Shown here: piece after piece, positions 1 to 8,839 of the stretch | Position numbering within the stretch: the first letter of the stretch is position 1 | Layout of the letters: each line of letters opens with the position of its first letter | Origin: a virus | Taxonomy: Duplodnaviria; Caudoviricetes | DNA: 49,316 nucleotides | IMG/VR virus record: IMGVR_UViG_3300032272_000020 | Span: 1 to 49,316 of that record | Direction: 5' to 3' (one strand) | Notes under the pieces: generated by a model | What the model was told of the DNA's origin: nothing | Database searches by the model: none | Seen by the model: the letters and a program-made list of their open reading frames with translations, nothing else | Position numbers and translations under genes: made by a program

Positions 1-143
1 ACTCCAGAACTAAACCACTTTAGGATCGAGAATGGAACTATAAAAGGTTTCAATGGAACTCTTGCTTTATCAAGCCCAATTGCCCTTGACCTTGATGTTA
101 CTCCTAAAGCAATTCCGTTCGTTAAGGCCATTGCAGCTTGTCG
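1..143. repeat. End overlap, left copy (circular assembly)
   Basis: 1-143 matches 49174-49316 except one base (G127 vs A49300); it falls inside a coding sequence. Confidence 0.95.
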
Positions 144-903
144 GGCAACCACAGCAATGAGTATTACACCAGCTGGTAGATTAAGTGTTAAGTCTGGGAA
201 GTTCAAAGCATTCGTTGAGTGTATAGAAGAAGTTTATCCAGATGTCTACCCAGAAGGTGAAATGATTGAACTGACCAGTAGTTTCATTGGTATCTTAAAA
301 GAACTGAAACCATTCATATCAGCTGATGCTAGTAGGCCTTGGTCACGGGGTGTTCTATTCAGGGGAAGATCAGCTTACGCCACAAACAATATTATTGTAG
401 TTGAGACTTGGTTACCGAACCCTTTCCCGATCGAAGTTAATATCCCAGCCCCAGCAGTAAATGAGCTGATCCGAATTAAAGATGATCCTGTTCGAATACA
501 AGTATCTGATAAGTCTATGACTTTTCACTACGAAGATGGCAGATGGTTAAGGACTGCTTTACTTGATCTGGCTTGGCCTGACATGAGCCCAATCTTTTCT
601 GAGACACCAAATGCAGTTCCACTTCCTAGTACATTCTTTGCTGCCTTAGAAGATATCAAACCATTTACAGATGAAGTTGATCGGGTTATATTCCAAGATG
701 GGATCATGACTACATCTGATGAAGAAGGTGTTGGAGCATCTGTGGAGATGGAAGATTTTCCATATGATGGTGTATTCAATCTTTCTAACTTACAACTGAT
801 CGAAACAGTGGTTGATCGAATCGACTTTTCGATGTATCCTAAACCATGCATATTTTTTGGTGGTAAACTACGTGGAGCAATTGTCGGAATGATTAAACAA
901 TGA
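1..903 (+). CDS. DNA polymerase III beta-clamp-like protein, 3' part (gene starts at 49123, about 317 aa joined)
   Basis: Frame open from base 1 (TPELNHFRIENG...) into the 157..903 ORF; clamp-like segments (FISADASRPWSRGVLF, YATNNIIVVE); directly upstream of PolA, a known siphovirus arrangement. Confidence 0.75.
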   Translation, partial: TPELNHFRIENGTIKGFNGTLALSSPIALDLDVTPKAIPFVKAIAACRATTAMSITPAGRLSVKSGKFKAFVECIEEVYPDVYPEGEMIELTSSFIGILKELKPFISADASRPWSRGVLFRGRSAYATNNIIVVETWLPNPFPIEVNIPAPAVNELIRIKDDPVRIQVSDKSMTFHYEDGRWLRTALLDLAWPDMSPIFSETPNAVPLPSTFFAALEDIKPFTDEVDRVIFQDGIMTTSDEEGVGASVEMEDFPYDGVFNLSNLQLIETVVDRIDFSMYPKPCIFFGGKLRGAIVGMIKQ

Positions 904-2885
904 GGGCTGATTCAATAGGAATGTTCTGGCAGGATATACCTGTCGAACGTGGGGCAAATAGAATAGCAGCGGTGATGCCAGAGATTCCTGACACAGGATG
1001 GGTGCCTCCGAAGATGCTACCGAATTTATCTAATGCCAAAGTCTTATCCATCGATACTGAAACATTCGATCCAGACCTGTTGACTAAAGGACCAGGATGG
1101 GCTCGTGGGGTCGGGCACATGGTTGGTGTGTCTATAAGTGATGGCCACAATGATTGGTACTTTCCAATCCGACACGAAATCGAGGCTGGTGATAATTGGG
1201 ACCCTGATATAGTTATCAATTGGTTGAAAAGAACATTAGGTAATCCTAAACAAGCAAAGGTCGGTGCAAACATAATTTATGATCTAGGATGGCTAAGACA
1301 AGAAGGTGTAATAGTTAGAGGTCCAGTTTATGATGTCCAACATGCAGAAGCATTATTGGATGAATCATCACCAGTCAATCTTGAACACCTTGGACAGAAA
1401 TACCTTGGTCTAGGAAAAGAGTCAGAAGTCCTTTACCAATGGTGCTCAGATTATTACGGCGGAGCGGTGGGACCCTCCCAGCGAAAAAATATTTACAGGA
1501 CCCCTCCAAGGCTTACAGGTCACTATGCCGAGTCCGACGCGAGCCTCCCACTAAGTATTTTAATGAAACAATGGCCTCTACTTATTGAGCAAGGGCTAAT
1601 GCCAGTATTCGAAATGGAATGCGAGCTCATTTATCTGATGCTTGATATGAGATATACAGGTGTTGAAGTCGATATCCCAGCGGCAGAAAAGTTATCAGTT
1701 GAATTGATGGGGTTCAGTGAAGAGCGCAGTAAAGAATTGGAAAGGAAACTTGGGTTTAGTGTAAATGTTAATTCCTCTGGTGAACTGGCAAGGGCTTTTG
1801 ATGAAGTGGGTTTGCCTTATGGTAAAACACTGAAAGGTAATCCATCATTCACAAAAGAATTCTTAGAGACGGTGGAACATCCTATAGCGGATCTGATTCG
1901 TGATATCAGAAAGTTCGATAAGTTGAAAGGTACATTTGTGGATAGTTATATTCTAGACTCCCATGTCAATGGCAGGGTATATTGTCAGTTCCACCAACTA
2001 AGATCTGATGATGGTGGTACACGCTCTGGTCGCTTTTCTAGTTCAACACCTAACCTTCAAAACATTCCATCGAGAGATCCTATATTGGCGCCAATGATTC
2101 GTGGGTTATTTATCCCAGATCCCGGAGATCCTTATTGGAGAAAATATGATTACTCCCAGATTGAATACAGATGCCTTGCCCATGATGCTTGCGGACCTGC
2201 AGGAGAAGTATTGCGGCAAGTATTCTTAGATGATCCTAATGCTGATTACCATGTTGTAACTCAGGACTTGGTTGAAAGAGAAACTGGTATAGTCTTACCC
2301 CGTAAAGCAATCAAGAATATCAACTTCGGTTTGATCTATGGAATGGGAATTGATACCTTGGCGAAAGGTCTTGGATTAAGTAAGAAAGAAGGTAAGCATC
2401 TATTTGGTGCATATCATGCAGGCGCGCCATACGCACAAGCGACTATGGATCACTATTCTGAGATGGCTCTTAATACTGGGGAAGTATCCACAATTATGGG
2501 ACGTAAGTCTCGGTTCAGCTTATGGGAACCACTCAAGTTTAGTAGGGGCATTTTTCCTTTACCATATGATAAGGCCTTGATGAAGTGGGGCAGGATTCAG
2601 AGAGCTGGTAGTCATAAGGCATTGAACAGAAGGCTCCAAGGGTCAGCAGCGGACATAATGAAAAAGGCAATGCACAAGTGTTATGTGGATGGCATCTTTG
2701 ATGAAACTGGTATCCCAAAGTTAACTGTACACGATGAACTTAACTTTTCAGATCCTGGCAATAAAGCAGAAGCATTTAGAGAAATGAGAAGGACAATGGA
2801 AACTGCTTTGAGATTGAATATCCCCATCAAGGCAGATGGAGAGATTGGTCCAGATTGGGGACATGTAAAAGATATCGAAGAATAG
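900..2885 (+). CDS. polA: Family A DNA polymerase with 3'-5' exonuclease
   Basis: Exo I SIDTET; TRSGRFSSSTPNLQNIP; motif A DYSQIEYR; motif B KNINFGLIYG (Phe at the 762-equivalent); motif C TVHDEL. Confidence 0.97.
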   Translation: MRADSIGMFWQDIPVERGANRIAAVMPEIPDTGWVPPKMLPNLSNAKVLSIDTETFDPDLLTKGPGWARGVGHMVGVSISDGHNDWYFPIRHEIEAGDNWDPDIVINWLKRTLGNPKQAKVGANIIYDLGWLRQEGVIVRGPVYDVQHAEALLDESSPVNLEHLGQKYLGLGKESEVLYQWCSDYYGGAVGPSQRKNIYRTPPRLTGHYAESDASLPLSILMKQWPLLIEQGLMPVFEMECELIYLMLDMRYTGVEVDIPAAEKLSVELMGFSEERSKELERKLGFSVNVNSSGELARAFDEVGLPYGKTLKGNPSFTKEFLETVEHPIADLIRDIRKFDKLKGTFVDSYILDSHVNGRVYCQFHQLRSDDGGTRSGRFSSSTPNLQNIPSRDPILAPMIRGLFIPDPGDPYWRKYDYSQIEYRCLAHDACGPAGEVLRQVFLDDPNADYHVVTQDLVERETGIVLPRKAIKNINFGLIYGMGIDTLAKGLGLSKKEGKHLFGAYHAGAPYAQATMDHYSEMALNTGEVSTIMGRKSRFSLWEPLKFSRGIFPLPYDKALMKWGRIQRAGSHKALNRRLQGSAADIMKKAMHKCYVDGIFDETGIPKLTVHDELNFSDPGNKAEAFREMRRTMETALRLNIPIKADGEIGPDWGHVKDIEE

Positions 2886-2917
2886 TTGCATTCTACTCCG
2901 AGTGTAGTATAATTAAA
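2886..2917 (+). promoter_or_regulatory. Sigma70-like promoter
   Basis: TTGCAT-16 bp-TATAAT followed by TAAA, upstream of the glycosylase gene. Confidence 0.7.
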
Positions 2918-2944
2918 TCTAAGTTAATAATTCAGGAAGTAGTT

Positions 2945-3283
2945 ATGAGAATGTGGATGGTAGACCCAAAGATCCTTTGTAGAAAACATTTATTAGGAGA
3001 GCATGTCGAGCACCATATGTTCGCAGGTTCGATTAATAAAGGTATCTCTATGGATGGCTATGTAGCTAATAATTTAATCCAAACAAAAGACTTGCTTAAA
3101 AGACATGATGCATTAGTAACCGAAATGCTTAACCGTGGGTACAATCATAAGTCGCCATTACAACCTATAGATTATTCTTTAATAGATACCAAGTATATGT
3201 CAGCGGTAGTCGATAAAGAAGCCTCTCTAGCCGATTTATTAAATCGCTGTGAAGATTGTCGCGCCCGTTATAAAACTATGTAA
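2945..3283 (+). CDS. denV: Pyrimidine-dimer DNA glycosylase (T4 endonuclease V family)
   Basis: MRMWMVDPKILCRKHLLGEHVEHH and RHDALVTEMLNRGYNHKSPL match the DenV/Pyr_excise pattern; start moved to ATG 2945 (AGGAAG RBS, downstream of the promoter). Confidence 0.8.
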   Translation: MRMWMVDPKILCRKHLLGEHVEHHMFAGSINKGISMDGYVANNLIQTKDLLKRHDALVTEMLNRGYNHKSPLQPIDYSLIDTKYMSAVVDKEASLADLLNRCEDCRARYKTM

Positions 3284-3312
3284 ATAATTAAATCATAAGT
3301 TAATTTAAACAA

Positions 3313-3498
3313 TTGGAAATGATCATGAAAACTAAAAAGACTATAAGTGAGAAAGTTGGTATTGCAATGTTGACTATTGGAATATTGCTGATGATTGGAA
3401 CTGGGAGTGACGATGCCACCACTGGCGATATTCTGATTCAAGGCATTATTGGAATCGTTCTTATTATCAGTGGTGGTAGGTTGGCTAAGTTTATTTAG
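3313..3498 (+). CDS. Small two-TM membrane protein
   Basis: Two hydrophobic segments separated by GSDDATTGD; true start may be a few codons downstream. Confidence 0.6.
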   Translation: MEMIMKTKKTISEKVGIAMLTIGILLMIGTGSDDATTGDILIQGIIGIVLIISGGRLAKFI

Positions 3499-3887
3499 TT
3501 CTTGCCAGCCCAGAAGGCAGGACCACCAAAATGATGAACAGCAAGGTAATACCCTCTAGCTCTAATCCTTTGCAAGCGAGTAGGCTTGTACCACTTATAA
3601 CTATCCCTACCAATCAATCTCAGCAGGTTGTTTAAGAATACACGATCTGCTTCTTCTTTGTCTTCAACTGAACGCCCAGTATGGTACATGAAGTCATGGA
3701 TATGACAAGCGGAGCTGATCCTTGTACCATAAATCCTATCAGGCACGAAATCAAACTTAGCGTCAGCTGCACCGCATCCATTACAGATCTGGGCTAGGCG
3801 GTCAGGCCCAGTAGTCAGGAAAGATGCAGGGGCGAATAGAATACCTGCTTCGGCATAATAAATAGCTTTTTGAACACTCATAATCAT
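3495..3887 (-). CDS. Conserved phage protein with CNGCG...ACxxHDxxY motif (DUF1353/phospholipase A2-like)
   Basis: ICNGCG, ACHIHDFMY, KEEADRVFLNNL, YYLAVHHFGGPAF; last gene of the lysis cassette. Confidence 0.65.
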   Translation of the reverse strand: MIMSVQKAIYYAEAGILFAPASFLTTGPDRLAQICNGCGAADAKFDFVPDRIYGTRISSACHIHDFMYHTGRSVEDKEEADRVFLNNLLRLIGRDSYKWYKPTRLQRIRARGYYLAVHHFGGPAFWAGKN

Positions 3888-4126
3888 TCTCCAGTATTAG
3901 GAATGAACCCTTGGCCTTCCCTACAAAAATCTTGCCATAGCCTTGCAAGTTCTGGAGTATTGAATCTACGTTTGACACTGCCGATACTGGCGCCTTGACA
4001 AATAGAGAACTCTGCTGCTTCAAGTGCTTTGTCATTTATGTTTGCGGCTCTATCCACAATAGAACTGATTCCTGCGCACCCAGACAATATTGTGGCTATT
4101 GCTAAAGCTAAAGTTGTTTTTAACAT
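3884..4126 (-). CDS. Lipoprotein (spanin-like candidate)
   Basis: MLKTTLALAIATILSGC: signal peptide with lipobox LSGC; follows the endolysin; start moved to ATG 4126. Confidence 0.65.
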   Translation of the reverse strand: MLKTTLALAIATILSGCAGISSIVDRAANINDKALEAAEFSICQGASIGSVKRRFNTPELARLWQDFCREGQGFIPNTGE

Positions 4127-4128
4127 AA

Positions 4129-4548
4129 TTAATCCAATATTTTTATATGAGGCATATCCCAACCATAGGAAATACCATTCTTAATAATTGGGTCGGCTGT
4201 CTTCCAAAGCCCGCCCCACTCTATACGATAACCCAACTTAGCTGCGGCCTGAAAATAAGCGCAAGCTACCATAGCTAAATGATCAGGTTCCCAACTAGCC
4301 TTGCCATCAACATAAGCATAAAAGTCTAGTGCCTTACCAAGTTGATGATCACTGATGGTATCGATACCGTCTGCGTAAGATTGACCAATGGTAAATAGGT
4401 GGAGCTGATCCACGCCAGTTCTAGTACCTGCGTATTCTGGGTGACCGTAATCGACTAAGGTAATTTGGATGGCGAGATCATCGATCTCAATTAGGCGGGG
4501 GTCGATGCCCTCACGTCTTTTCTTTGAAGTACTAGATAGTCTAAACAT
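4129..4548 (-). CDS. Endolysin, peptidase M15 (L-Ala-D-Glu peptidase type)
   Basis: SDHQLGKALD, IEWGGLW, WDMPHI Zn-binding pattern; F.LS..S N-terminus typical of the family. Confidence 0.9.
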   Translation of the reverse strand: MFRLSSTSKKRREGIDPRLIEIDDLAIQITLVDYGHPEYAGTRTGVDQLHLFTIGQSYADGIDTISDHQLGKALDFYAYVDGKASWEPDHLAMVACAYFQAAAKLGYRIEWGGLWKTADPIIKNGISYGWDMPHIKILD

Positions 4549-4874
4549 TATTTACCTGCGAAGTATTTAGTGATCCTTTTAAAAATATGGTCTTGGTTAT
4601 CCTTGGCATACTTTCCAAAACCCAATAGTATTGCTAATATGTCGTCGGCAAGAAAAACTGCTGCGCAGAAAATTGATATTGAAATCCACTCGTCGAAAGT
4701 GCTTGCTGTAGCATATTCAGAAGCTACATAACCAATCAGGCCAGATATGATCAACTGGCGAATGACTAAAGCTACGGTTAAGTCTGATCTCAAAGCCAAC
4801 CTAGCAGCCCATGAAAGAATCATTAGAACTAGATATTTACTTTCTATTGTCTCTACGATTAATTTCTCTGGCAT
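4548..4874 (-). CDS. Putative holin
   Basis: About 108 aa, roughly three hydrophobic segments, basic C-terminus, stop overlaps the endolysin start. Confidence 0.65.
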   Translation of the reverse strand: MPEKLIVETIESKYLVLMILSWAARLALRSDLTVALVIRQLIISGLIGYVASEYATASTFDEWISISIFCAAVFLADDILAILLGFGKYAKDNQDHIFKRITKYFAGK

Positions 4875-4882
4875 CTTTCTTC

Positions 4883-5374
4883 TCAATCTTTAAAATTGTG
4901 ACGTACCCACGTATTGCTAAATACAGCACGCCGATGATCGCTAAACAGGTTATCAAAAATGGTAAGTCTAACATTCAGGCCACCAGTCAGCAACACTAGG
5001 ATTTCTAGTATCGACGCGGTTAAAGAAAAGTCGTCGTAGTAAGCAAAATTCTTATCGGTTAAAATGTGCAGCCCGAGGGTGACGATAATAAAGATAAATA
5101 TTAAACACATACCGCGATATGACCAATTAGGGTTTGGATCTCTACTCGCTAGAAAGACCAGCAAAATTATTAACGGTTCAATTAGGAGCAAGTTAGCTAA
5201 ATAGTAATTAATACCAGATAGGGGTGAGTAGTATAACCCAAGAACACAGGCTGTGTAAATAAAGGATACGATGCAAACATGGCAACCTTTTTTAAGGATT
5301 CCTTTCCACTTTAGAAAAATTATTGTACCAGATAATGCTACAATGAACCAAGGTAGTAAGAGACCAGCTGCCAT
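4883..5374 (-). CDS. Multi-pass membrane protein of unknown function
   Basis: 163 aa with about five hydrophobic segments; GAGGA RBS; upstream of the holin. Confidence 0.7.
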   Translation of the reverse strand: MAAGLLLPWFIVALSGTIIFLKWKGILKKGCHVCIVSFIYTACVLGLYYSPLSGINYYLANLLLIEPLIILLVFLASRDPNPNWSYRGMCLIFIFIIVTLGLHILTDKNFAYYDDFSLTASILEILVLLTGGLNVRLTIFDNLFSDHRRAVFSNTWVRHNFKD

Positions 5375-5390
5375 AATTTAATCCTCAGAG

Positions 5391-5459
5391 TTATTTGGTT
5401 ATAGTGCCATCATCTGGGTCGACTGGTGGTTCATCATCTTTACGTGGAACTCCGCTCAT
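5391..5459 (-). CDS. 22-aa peptide MSGVPRKDDEPPVDPDDGTITK
   Basis: Hand translation; AAGAGGT RBS upstream of the ATG; stop 16 nt before the membrane-protein start. Confidence 0.6.
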   Translation of the reverse strand: MSGVPRKDDEPPVDPDDGTITK

Positions 5460-5473
5460 AATATTTACCTCTT

Positions 5474-5505
5474 TACTTAGTTACAGTACTTAGTTACAGT
5501 ACTTA
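5474..5505. repeat. 13-bp tandem repeat TACTTAGTTACAG, about 2.5 copies
   Basis: Copies at 5474-5486 and 5487-5499, partial copy 5500-5505. Confidence 0.85.
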
Positions 5506-5572
5506 ATGGAAATTTATTATAATATGGAGTGGCCTACATTGCAACCTAACGGCGGGGCAAAAATGCCCAAAA

Positions 5573-7942
5573 CTACGGTATATTTGTTCCTGATGTTGCA
5601 GCATAAGCAGTAGGAGCCACACCGTCGTTAACTTGCATCCCCCATATTGCAACACCATTATGTTGATCTGTGCCATTGATGTAACCCATGTCTTCAGGTC
5701 TAATCTTAAAGTATAGGCGAGGTGCATTAGTAGTGAATACTACATTCTGCACAACCCAAATTCTCATCCAACCATCATCGAGAATGTCCATTCCAAAGTC
5801 TATTAGGTCTTGTCCATGAGTAGTGCTTCCAGTAAGGTTCCGTACATTGCTTTCAGCAGTTCCTCGAACAAGATCAAACCATACTTCAGCGCGAGTATCT
5901 TCTGCTGTGCTATCTGACTGACCCATCCCAAAGGTGAGCAGGCCATAAGCATTACGTCTAACATAAGCACTATAAGTATAGTCTTGCCCGCTTACCATAT
6001 TTGTTGGAATACCAGATATATAAATCATTGAAGCAGTCTCTGCCGCATCATCTATGGCGTTAACTATATAAGCTTCAGGTTCGCCTACTGTGATGGCAGG
6101 TGATGTTAATTGATCTGCAATTATAGTACCATTAGTAAAACCTGCCGCATCTAATACTCTTGAATCTGCCAGAAAGTTTTGAGGTCCAGTTGTGGCTACA
6201 GGTGCTCCACTGTATTGATTAGGTGGACGTTCTACTCTGAGGTATACAGCAGCTTCTATGAGACTCACATTAATGGTTTGATCCCCATTAGTAAAACGTT
6301 GCTCAACTTCTAAAAAGAAATCACCACCTCCACCATTACCAGCGAGACTGGCAGCAATTGGGTCCCAATACATAGCATCGAATAAATAGTCTTTTTCAAC
6401 GATGGAGGTGTCTTCGACATAGCGGATCTTACTGTATAGACCTGTTGGTTCCCCATAAGCATCAGGACCACCTCCTACATTAAAATCACTAGTCCCTCTC
6501 GAAAAAATCTCGTTACTGTCGAAGCCAGGAATACTACTATCTGCGTCCATGATGTCATACATTCTAAACACACCATCAGTTATCTCAACAGGTGTATTAC
6601 TCCCATTTGAAAAGATTTGATGGATTATATGTCGCCATGGGAAAAAGTAAGTTGGAGATTCTGTACGTACATAATTGATTGTTTGGCCCTGTTGACCAAT
6701 GCCGATATCATAATAGCCACCCCCAGTTCCACCTTGATTCCAATTCACGAACACTGCGTTAAGTCCTGTAAGCAAAGTCTGTAATCTTGTTGCCGATTGA
6801 GGAGTACCTAAATATTGGAGACCCATTCGTCCACCGACTGCCTTCTCAACAGCATCTAGTGCAATGGCGTTTAATTCGGAACCAGCTCTTGCACTATTAA
6901 CCCCTCTTCCAGAATTCTGACTAACATCAAATGAACCTAAAAGAACAGCATTAACAAAAGCAGGAGGTGGCGAGGTAGGCCAACCTTGATCTAGGCGCCA
7001 TCTTAAGGGTCCTGTTCCAGTAGTTGGTCGTCTGTATAATCCTGTTGTAAGTTGAGTAGCCACAACAGGTTCTTTTGCTGTACCGAATCCAATTATGGTA
7101 GGAGTTCCAGTAGCGTCATGTTCAACAACGACTTGATCTCCTACTAAGAAACTTTCACTATCAGTAGTTTCGTAGTCGAATGGGACACCAGACACAGAGG
7201 CAATGTCAAAAGGAACGGTACCAAAATCTGAAGATGTATTGTAAGTTATTGTGCCTGTCTCGTTAGGGGCAGTTCCTGTCTTCCCCATAAGAGTTGCTAA
7301 CCAATATCTAGGTGCATATATTTGCGCTGATGGAACCACACTAGTATTGTAGAACCATGTATAAGGTGGTATTGCTAATTCAGGTAATGCTATACCATCT
7401 CTGGCTTCTGTATATAAATAACTACTGCCAGATCGTTCACTGGGTTGGGCAATGTAACTCGTCGCTTTATCATCAGTAACCCTTGCAATTTCTATCACAC
7501 CAATTGTTTCTCCAAGTCCTATTGATACACCACTGTCTGCCGTTGGGATATCAATAGGTTCAGAAAATGGATCTAGTACTTGAGGTGAAATTAATGCTAA
7601 TTCTTTTTCTGCTGATGCTAGCTGCATTGTAGAAACATTAAGGGTAGTCTTACCATTTACTAGATTTGAAGTTGCAGTGATCAGATCCTGTTGGAGTGCC
7701 ACAATAGTACTAGTAGGTTCTTCAGCAGCTATGGCCGCAGTTAAAGCAGCATTTGCTGAATCTGCCGCCGCTTGAAGGGACACGACATTAGCCGTAAGAG
7801 TAACTATAGAAGTATTTAAAGTAGTTTGTGTGGCGAGTAATTCGGCTTCTTTAGCTATAAGAAAACTTATCTCCTTTTCAATCTTAACTCTTACTATTCG
7901 GTCAGGAATATCAAGGATGCTAGTGACAACAGCTTTTCCCAT
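5573..7942 (-). CDS. Tail tip / receptor-binding protein
   Basis: Last gene of the tail operon; N-terminal coiled coil; C-terminal carbohydrate-binding-like spike domain (YTYSAYVR...GWMRIWV...AIWGMQVNDG..PTAY). Confidence 0.65.
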   Translation of the reverse strand: MGKAVVTSILDIPDRIVRVKIEKEISFLIAKEAELLATQTTLNTSIVTLTANVVSLQAAADSANAALTAAIAAEEPTSTIVALQQDLITATSNLVNGKTTLNVSTMQLASAEKELALISPQVLDPFSEPIDIPTADSGVSIGLGETIGVIEIARVTDDKATSYIAQPSERSGSSYLYTEARDGIALPELAIPPYTWFYNTSVVPSAQIYAPRYWLATLMGKTGTAPNETGTITYNTSSDFGTVPFDIASVSGVPFDYETTDSESFLVGDQVVVEHDATGTPTIIGFGTAKEPVVATQLTTGLYRRPTTGTGPLRWRLDQGWPTSPPPAFVNAVLLGSFDVSQNSGRGVNSARAGSELNAIALDAVEKAVGGRMGLQYLGTPQSATRLQTLLTGLNAVFVNWNQGGTGGGYYDIGIGQQGQTINYVRTESPTYFFPWRHIIHQIFSNGSNTPVEITDGVFRMYDIMDADSSIPGFDSNEIFSRGTSDFNVGGGPDAYGEPTGLYSKIRYVEDTSIVEKDYLFDAMYWDPIAASLAGNGGGGDFFLEVEQRFTNGDQTINVSLIEAAVYLRVERPPNQYSGAPVATTGPQNFLADSRVLDAAGFTNGTIIADQLTSPAITVGEPEAYIVNAIDDAAETASMIYISGIPTNMVSGQDYTYSAYVRRNAYGLLTFGMGQSDSTAEDTRAEVWFDLVRGTAESNVRNLTGSTTHGQDLIDFGMDILDDGWMRIWVVQNVVFTTNAPRLYFKIRPEDMGYINGTDQHNGVAIWGMQVNDGVAPTAYAATSGTNIP

Positions 7943-8508
7943 TATTGAGCTCCAACGTCCATTCGACTATTTGACACATTAACAAATAATGATATTGACC
8001 GAACTGTGATCTCTGTTAAAATTTGCTCACCTGTACCAATGTCAAATGTACCAGTACCCACATTAATAATATCATCAACTACAATAAGTGCATTTTCTTC
8101 TGCGCTAAAGCGTATTGTTCCATCTGCATTTTGAGCTGAAGTAATTGGGTTGCTTATAGTGACTGGTGATATGGTTGAAGCTTGATCCGTCCCTTCAGGA
8201 ACCTGCCCATTAAGAACAACTGTGAAAGCTGATGGACTTCTAGTTGGTAGATATTGTGACAGGGTGTAAGTACCAACTACAGATTCAACTCCATTTAATA
8301 TCTCACTGATTGTCATAGTACCTGTTGGATTACTAGTTAGAAAAGTTGTAAATTCATCTGGAGATGGAATAGTTACACTGCAGGATGATGGGTTATCCTT
8401 GCGCCTCGTTATCGACAAGTTAGAAACAGGTATACGTTTGGTGACTTCAGGAAAAGGGTCAATAGTGTCTAGGCCTGTAAAATCGAATACATAGATTTTA
8501 GTCATCAT
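7942..8508 (-). CDS. Putative tail tip/hub protein
   Basis: Position after the tape measure; beta-rich, Thr/Ser-rich composition. Confidence 0.5.
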   Translation of the reverse strand: MMTKIYVFDFTGLDTIDPFPEVTKRIPVSNLSITRRKDNPSSCSVTIPSPDEFTTFLTSNPTGTMTISEILNGVESVVGTYTLSQYLPTRSPSAFTVVLNGQVPEGTDQASTISPVTISNPITSAQNADGTIRFSAEENALIVVDDIINVGTGTFDIGTGEQILTEITVRSISLFVNVSNSRMDVGAQ

Positions 8509-8839
8509 CAGTTACCAAGAAAGAGAAACCACTATCGGTATCAGTTAAGTTACTTATAGTACCAACAAATGACCCTTCTCTGCAAGCAATTCTTTGCTTA
8601 GGAGTTGTCTCAACAGCTTCACTTAGTCTAGCAAATAGTTCCTCTGTGAATTGTTTTGGTACAATGGTGAAGGTTAAATCAGTATCTGAATAGCCCCTAT
8701 CTTGGAGGACTGATCCACCATCAAGTGTTGCTATACGATTTTGGCGTCTTGATTTTGATCCAAAGTCACTATCAGATTGTTGTTCCTGAAATTCGATAGC
8801 ACCGCGCACATCTACTGATATTGATGATATAATTACCAT
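8498..8839 (-). CDS. Putative distal tail protein
   Basis: Directly after the tape measure; RRQNRIATLDGG...DRGYSDTD motif. Confidence 0.55.
   Translation of the reverse strand: MVIISSISVDVRGAIEFQEQQSDSDFGSKSRRQNRIATLDGGSVLQDRGYSDTDLTFTIVPKQFTEELFARLSEAVETTPKQRIACREGSFVGTISNLTDTDSGFSFLVTDDD

Noticed and set aside
1-143. Biological direct terminal repeat
   Set aside because: It interrupts a coding gene and has the size of an assembler overlap; more likely a circular-assembly artefact.
2855-2944. Longer starts given by the ORF track (also 4162, 12258, 14401, 16587, 19908, 28228, 34178, 35155)
   Set aside because: They overlap upstream genes or promoters; downstream ATGs fit RBS position, gene coupling or paralog N-termini better.
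5503-5727. 74-aa minus-strand ORF overlapping the tail-tip 3' end
   Set aside because: Mostly out-of-frame overlap with no clear RBS; not supportable.
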